From Limisphaerales bacterium (lineage in GTDB: Bacteria > Verrucomicrobiota > Verrucomicrobiia > Limisphaerales > JADLHS01): DNA of 64,000 nucleotides. Made by a program: the position numbers and the translations under genes. The notes beneath the pieces are model-generated. The model worked only from the letters and a program-made list of their open reading frames with translations, ran no database searches and was not told where the DNA came from. The DNA lies in NCBI GenBank assembly GCA_044225555.1, contig JBGAIM010000010.1, positions 9,457 through 73,456 on the forward strand, read 5' to 3'. Within the stretch, counting starts at the first letter, position 1; each line of letters opens with the position of its first letter. Positions 53,559 through 64,000 of this stretch are shown piece by piece.

Positions 53559-53562
<4 letters not shown>
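51370..53562 (-). CDS. secreted hypothetical protein, probable glycoside hydrolase of unresolved family
   Basis: 730 aa. GTG start (GTGA overlap with the upstream stop) and signal peptide 'MKNNLISRRFRRTTLLFAVVLIPLFLPAAP'. The central region 'AIDQCADVGFEMVIMTFGSGFDFE...GVLEHDGSYPGDTC...YLNIPDWYF' looks like a TIM barrel. Embedded between GH2 and GH95 genes. Confidence 0.5.
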
Positions 53563-61676
<8,114 letters not shown>

Positions 61677-61677
61677 G

Positions 61678-62763
61678 TCAGAGCGCCTCCACGAGTTTGT
61701 TCATCGCCGCTTCCTGTTTTGCGATGGATTCGACCAGTTTGAACTGCGTGCGGCAGCGATCGAGGTTGTGGCCATCCCGACTCACCTTGAAGTAAACATC
61801 TCCTGCGAGGTAGTCCGTCAGGAAACGAATCCCGATCTCGAACGTGATGAGCTTTCCCGAGAACGGCAGCACCCGCTTCTCCGCCGGCGTGAGAAAATCC
61901 GACGCGGATTCCAGGTAGCCGCGTGCCAGTGCCTCGAACATCGGAAACTGCATCTGGACCTTGGAGAGATCACGTTCGTCCTCGCGCGCGGGACTCGTGG
62001 TGGTTCGCACCATGTCGCCGAAATCGTACAGCGCGAGCCCGGGCATGACGGTATCCAGGTCAATCACGCACACGCCTTCACCGGTGGCATCGTCGAGCAG
62101 CACGTTGTTGAACTTGGTGTCGTTGTGCGTCACGCGCTCAGGGAGATTCGCGTCTAGCAATCCGCCGCAAATGGGTTTGTGGCGTAGCGCAAAATCAATC
62201 TCCGCCCGGGCGAGCTGGGCTCGATTGGCGGGATCGGTCTCAATCGCCTTTTCCAACGCCGCGAACCTTTTCGGAGTGTGATGAAAATCCGGGATGGTGT
62301 CGTTCAGGCGCGGGGCGGGCAGATCCGCCAGCAGCTTTTGAAAGCGACCAAACGCCTTGGCGGCCGAGCGCGCCTGCGCAACGTTCTCCACCGCATCGTA
62401 GCCACGGGCTTGCTCGATAAAAATGTAGGCGCGCCAGTGATTTCCCTCCGCATCGCGATGATAGGCTTCGCCGGTTCGCGTGGAGATGAGCGTCAGCACA
62501 CGCCGGCTGGCTTCGGCTTCGCCTGTGATTTTCCGGGCGAGATGTTCGGTGACGCGCCGGACATTTTCCATCAAGGCGACCGGCTGTTTGAACACGTTAT
62601 GGTTTATGCGCTGGAACAAATAGCGGACGCGCGTGCCACCCTGGTTGTAAACGACGCAATAGGTGTCGTTGATGTGCCCACTGCCGTAGGGCTCGGCGCT
62701 CAGGAATTCCCCGGCAATGTAGAAGTGGCGCGCGACGGCGCGGACGTCGTGCTTGGGTTTCAT
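61678..62763 (-). CDS. nahK: N-acetylhexosamine 1-kinase-like phosphotransferase (NahK/LnpB family)
   Basis: From the ATG at 62763: 'AEPYGSGHINDTY', 'RVTHNDTKFNNVLLD', 'VIDLDTVMPGLALYDFGD', 'LPFSGKLITFEIGIRFLTDYLAGDVYF', 'HNLDRCRTQFKLV'. These closely parallel the Bifidobacterium NahK sequence as I recall it. ATGA overlap with the upstream stop. Confidence 0.75.
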   Translation of the reverse strand: MKPKHDVRAVARHFYIAGEFLSAEPYGSGHINDTYCVVYNQGGTRVRYLFQRINHNVFKQPVALMENVRRVTEHLARKITGEAEASRRVLTLISTRTGEAYHRDAEGNHWRAYIFIEQARGYDAVENVAQARSAAKAFGRFQKLLADLPAPRLNDTIPDFHHTPKRFAALEKAIETDPANRAQLARAEIDFALRHKPICGGLLDANLPERVTHNDTKFNNVLLDDATGEGVCVIDLDTVMPGLALYDFGDMVRTTTSPAREDERDLSKVQMQFPMFEALARGYLESASDFLTPAEKRVLPFSGKLITFEIGIRFLTDYLAGDVYFKVSRDGHNLDRCRTQFKLVESIAKQEAAMNKLVEAL

Positions 62764-63656
62764 GTCCAGAGCTTTTCCGGATAATCGCCGCGCGCGATGA
62801 GCTGGCGAACGCTTTCCACGACTCGCGGACGGTCTTCGCGATAAGTGACGCCAAACCACGAGGCTTGGGTCCGCAGAACTTTGACCCGTGCCTGACGGGC
62901 GACCACCAGACTGTTCACCGCGCTGGGGATGTAAAACTCGGACTTCATGTCCCAGCCGTGGCGCTCAAGGAATTCCTGAAAGCCCTTCTGCAACTGGGGA
63001 AAGATCGTTGGCGTAAAACCCCACATGTTCATCGAGACCGCTTCGTCGCCGCTGAGGTTGATGACGTTTCCCGCCGGGTTGGTGTCGCGCGCGCCCGCGC
63101 CGTCGCGCTCAATCTTCGTCAGCTCAACGACCCCCTGGAGGTAGTTCTCCGGGTCCACCTGGCACACGCCCCGTGCCACGCTGCCAAAATCCGACAGGGT
63201 GTTGCGCAATATGAATCCAACCATCGCGTAATCCGGCGTGCCTGCTTGCAGATGTTGCGCCAGCAGGCGATAGGATTCCGCGCCGTAAAAGTCGTCGGCG
63301 TTAATGGCGGCGAAGGGTTCGCGCACGGTGCCAGTGCCCATCAGGATGGCGTGCGCGGTGCCCCAGGGCTTGGTGCGACCAGCGGGCACGGAGAACTCAG
63401 CCGGCAGTTTGTCCAGTTCCTGAAAGACGTATTCCACCGGAATGCGCGACTCGAAACGCGCCCCGACGATTTCCTTGAACTGCGTCTCGATGTCGCGCCG
63501 AATGACGAACACGAGTTTGCCGAAACCGGCGCGCAGTGCGTCGAAGACCGAGTAATCAATGATGGTTTCACCGGCGGGCCCGACCGGGTCAATTTGCTTC
63601 AAACCGCCATAACGGCTGCCCATGCCGGCGGCGAGAACGAGGAGAGTTGGTTTCAC
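62760..63656 (-). CDS. sugar-1-phosphate nucleotidyltransferase
   Basis: 'LVLAAGMGSRYGGLKQIDPVGP' (G-x-G-x-R NTP-transferase loop), 'KPWGTAHAIL', 'NADDFYG'. Confidence 0.75.
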   Translation of the reverse strand: MKPTLLVLAAGMGSRYGGLKQIDPVGPAGETIIDYSVFDALRAGFGKLVFVIRRDIETQFKEIVGARFESRIPVEYVFQELDKLPAEFSVPAGRTKPWGTAHAILMGTGTVREPFAAINADDFYGAESYRLLAQHLQAGTPDYAMVGFILRNTLSDFGSVARGVCQVDPENYLQGVVELTKIERDGAGARDTNPAGNVINLSGDEAVSMNMWGFTPTIFPQLQKGFQEFLERHGWDMKSEFYIPSAVNSLVVARQARVKVLRTQASWFGVTYREDRPRVVESVRQLIARGDYPEKLWT

Positions 63657-63696
63657 GATTCCTATTTGCAGTCGAGGCTGTGCAGTCCAAACGGTC

Positions 63697-64000
63697 TTAC
63701 GACTTCCCGTTCGTTTGTTTGTCCCAGAGATGATTGATGACGTAGAGCAGGACCAGTCCGCTTACCACAAAGACCGCGGTCAGGATGAAGGCCAGCGTCA
63801 TGCGGCCATAAAGGAAATTGCCGATGGCGAACAGGGATGACCAGATCACGGCGCAACCGGAAACCCACCCCAGCGTCGCCATGCCCATGTGATCGCCGTG
63901 CTGTGCCGCCTCGGCCTCCGAAACACCGGCCGCTTCGCGGATCTTCGTCCAACCGGGACCAGCGGGATGCACTTTTTTGTAGAACGCCACCAGCTTCTCG
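63697..64000 (-). CDS. sodium:solute symporter family protein, C-terminal fragment (gene continues beyond the window)
   Basis: The frame is open to the window edge ('EKLVAFYKKVHPAGPGWTKIRE...' followed by two TM segments). 'FYKKV.P.G.GW' plus terminal TMs is typical of SSS C-termini. Confidence 0.55.
   Translation of the reverse strand, partial: EKLVAFYKKVHPAGPGWTKIREAAGVSEAEAAQHGDHMGMATLGWVSGCAVIWSSLFAIGNFLYGRMTLAFILTAVFVVSGLVLLYVINHLWDKQTNGKS

Overview
This is a high-GC, gene-dense bacterial chromosomal window with about 45 protein-coding genes. I recognised no rRNA, tRNA, CRISPR array, transposase or integrase. The gene families suggest a PVC-superphylum organism, probably Verrucomicrobiota-like. 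The evidence is a DUF1549/DUF1553 + DUF1501 pair, a prepilin-type N-methylation protein, autotransporter-associated beta-strand (PATR) repeats, and 'YQW'-type Ig domains. That placement is an inference, not a database result.

Nearly all genes lie on the minus strand in very tightly packed co-directional arrays. Several neighbours overlap by 4 nt (ATGA/GTGA).

Glycan degradation dominates the content. I find three tandem Cys-type sulfatases, a GH29 and a GH95-like fucosidase, two GH2 enzymes with paralogous C-terminal discoidin domains, an HGSNAT-like acetyltransferase, and a NahK-like HexNAc 1-kinase + nucleotidyltransferase + 4-epimerase salvage module next to a partial Na+/solute symporter. 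Housekeeping genes are interleaved: tdh, kbl, yhbY, a cysteine-synthase-family gene and an M32 carboxypeptidase.

Main points for follow-up:
- Four giant secreted multidomain proteins (astacin/beta-helix, GH25/PATR, DUF3472-like/PA14/LamG, Ig/LamG) share a short C-terminal domain ending F-[YF]-R-x(1-3)-P-stop. This looks like a lineage-specific sorting or anchoring tag.
- A pseudopilin + lipoprotein + LamG/Ig + giant lectin-like protein cluster sits at 32-41 kb.
- Two genes are each split by a +1 frameshift that removing one base from a homopolymer would repair.
- A transglutaminase-esterase / CBM9-like lipoprotein / TPR-sulfotransferase operon sits at 41.7-46.6 kb.
- An AT-richer plus-strand islet of small orphan genes carries a ~77-bp intergenic repeat and a palindrome-rich leader.

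All family calls come from motif recognition by eye; no searches were run.
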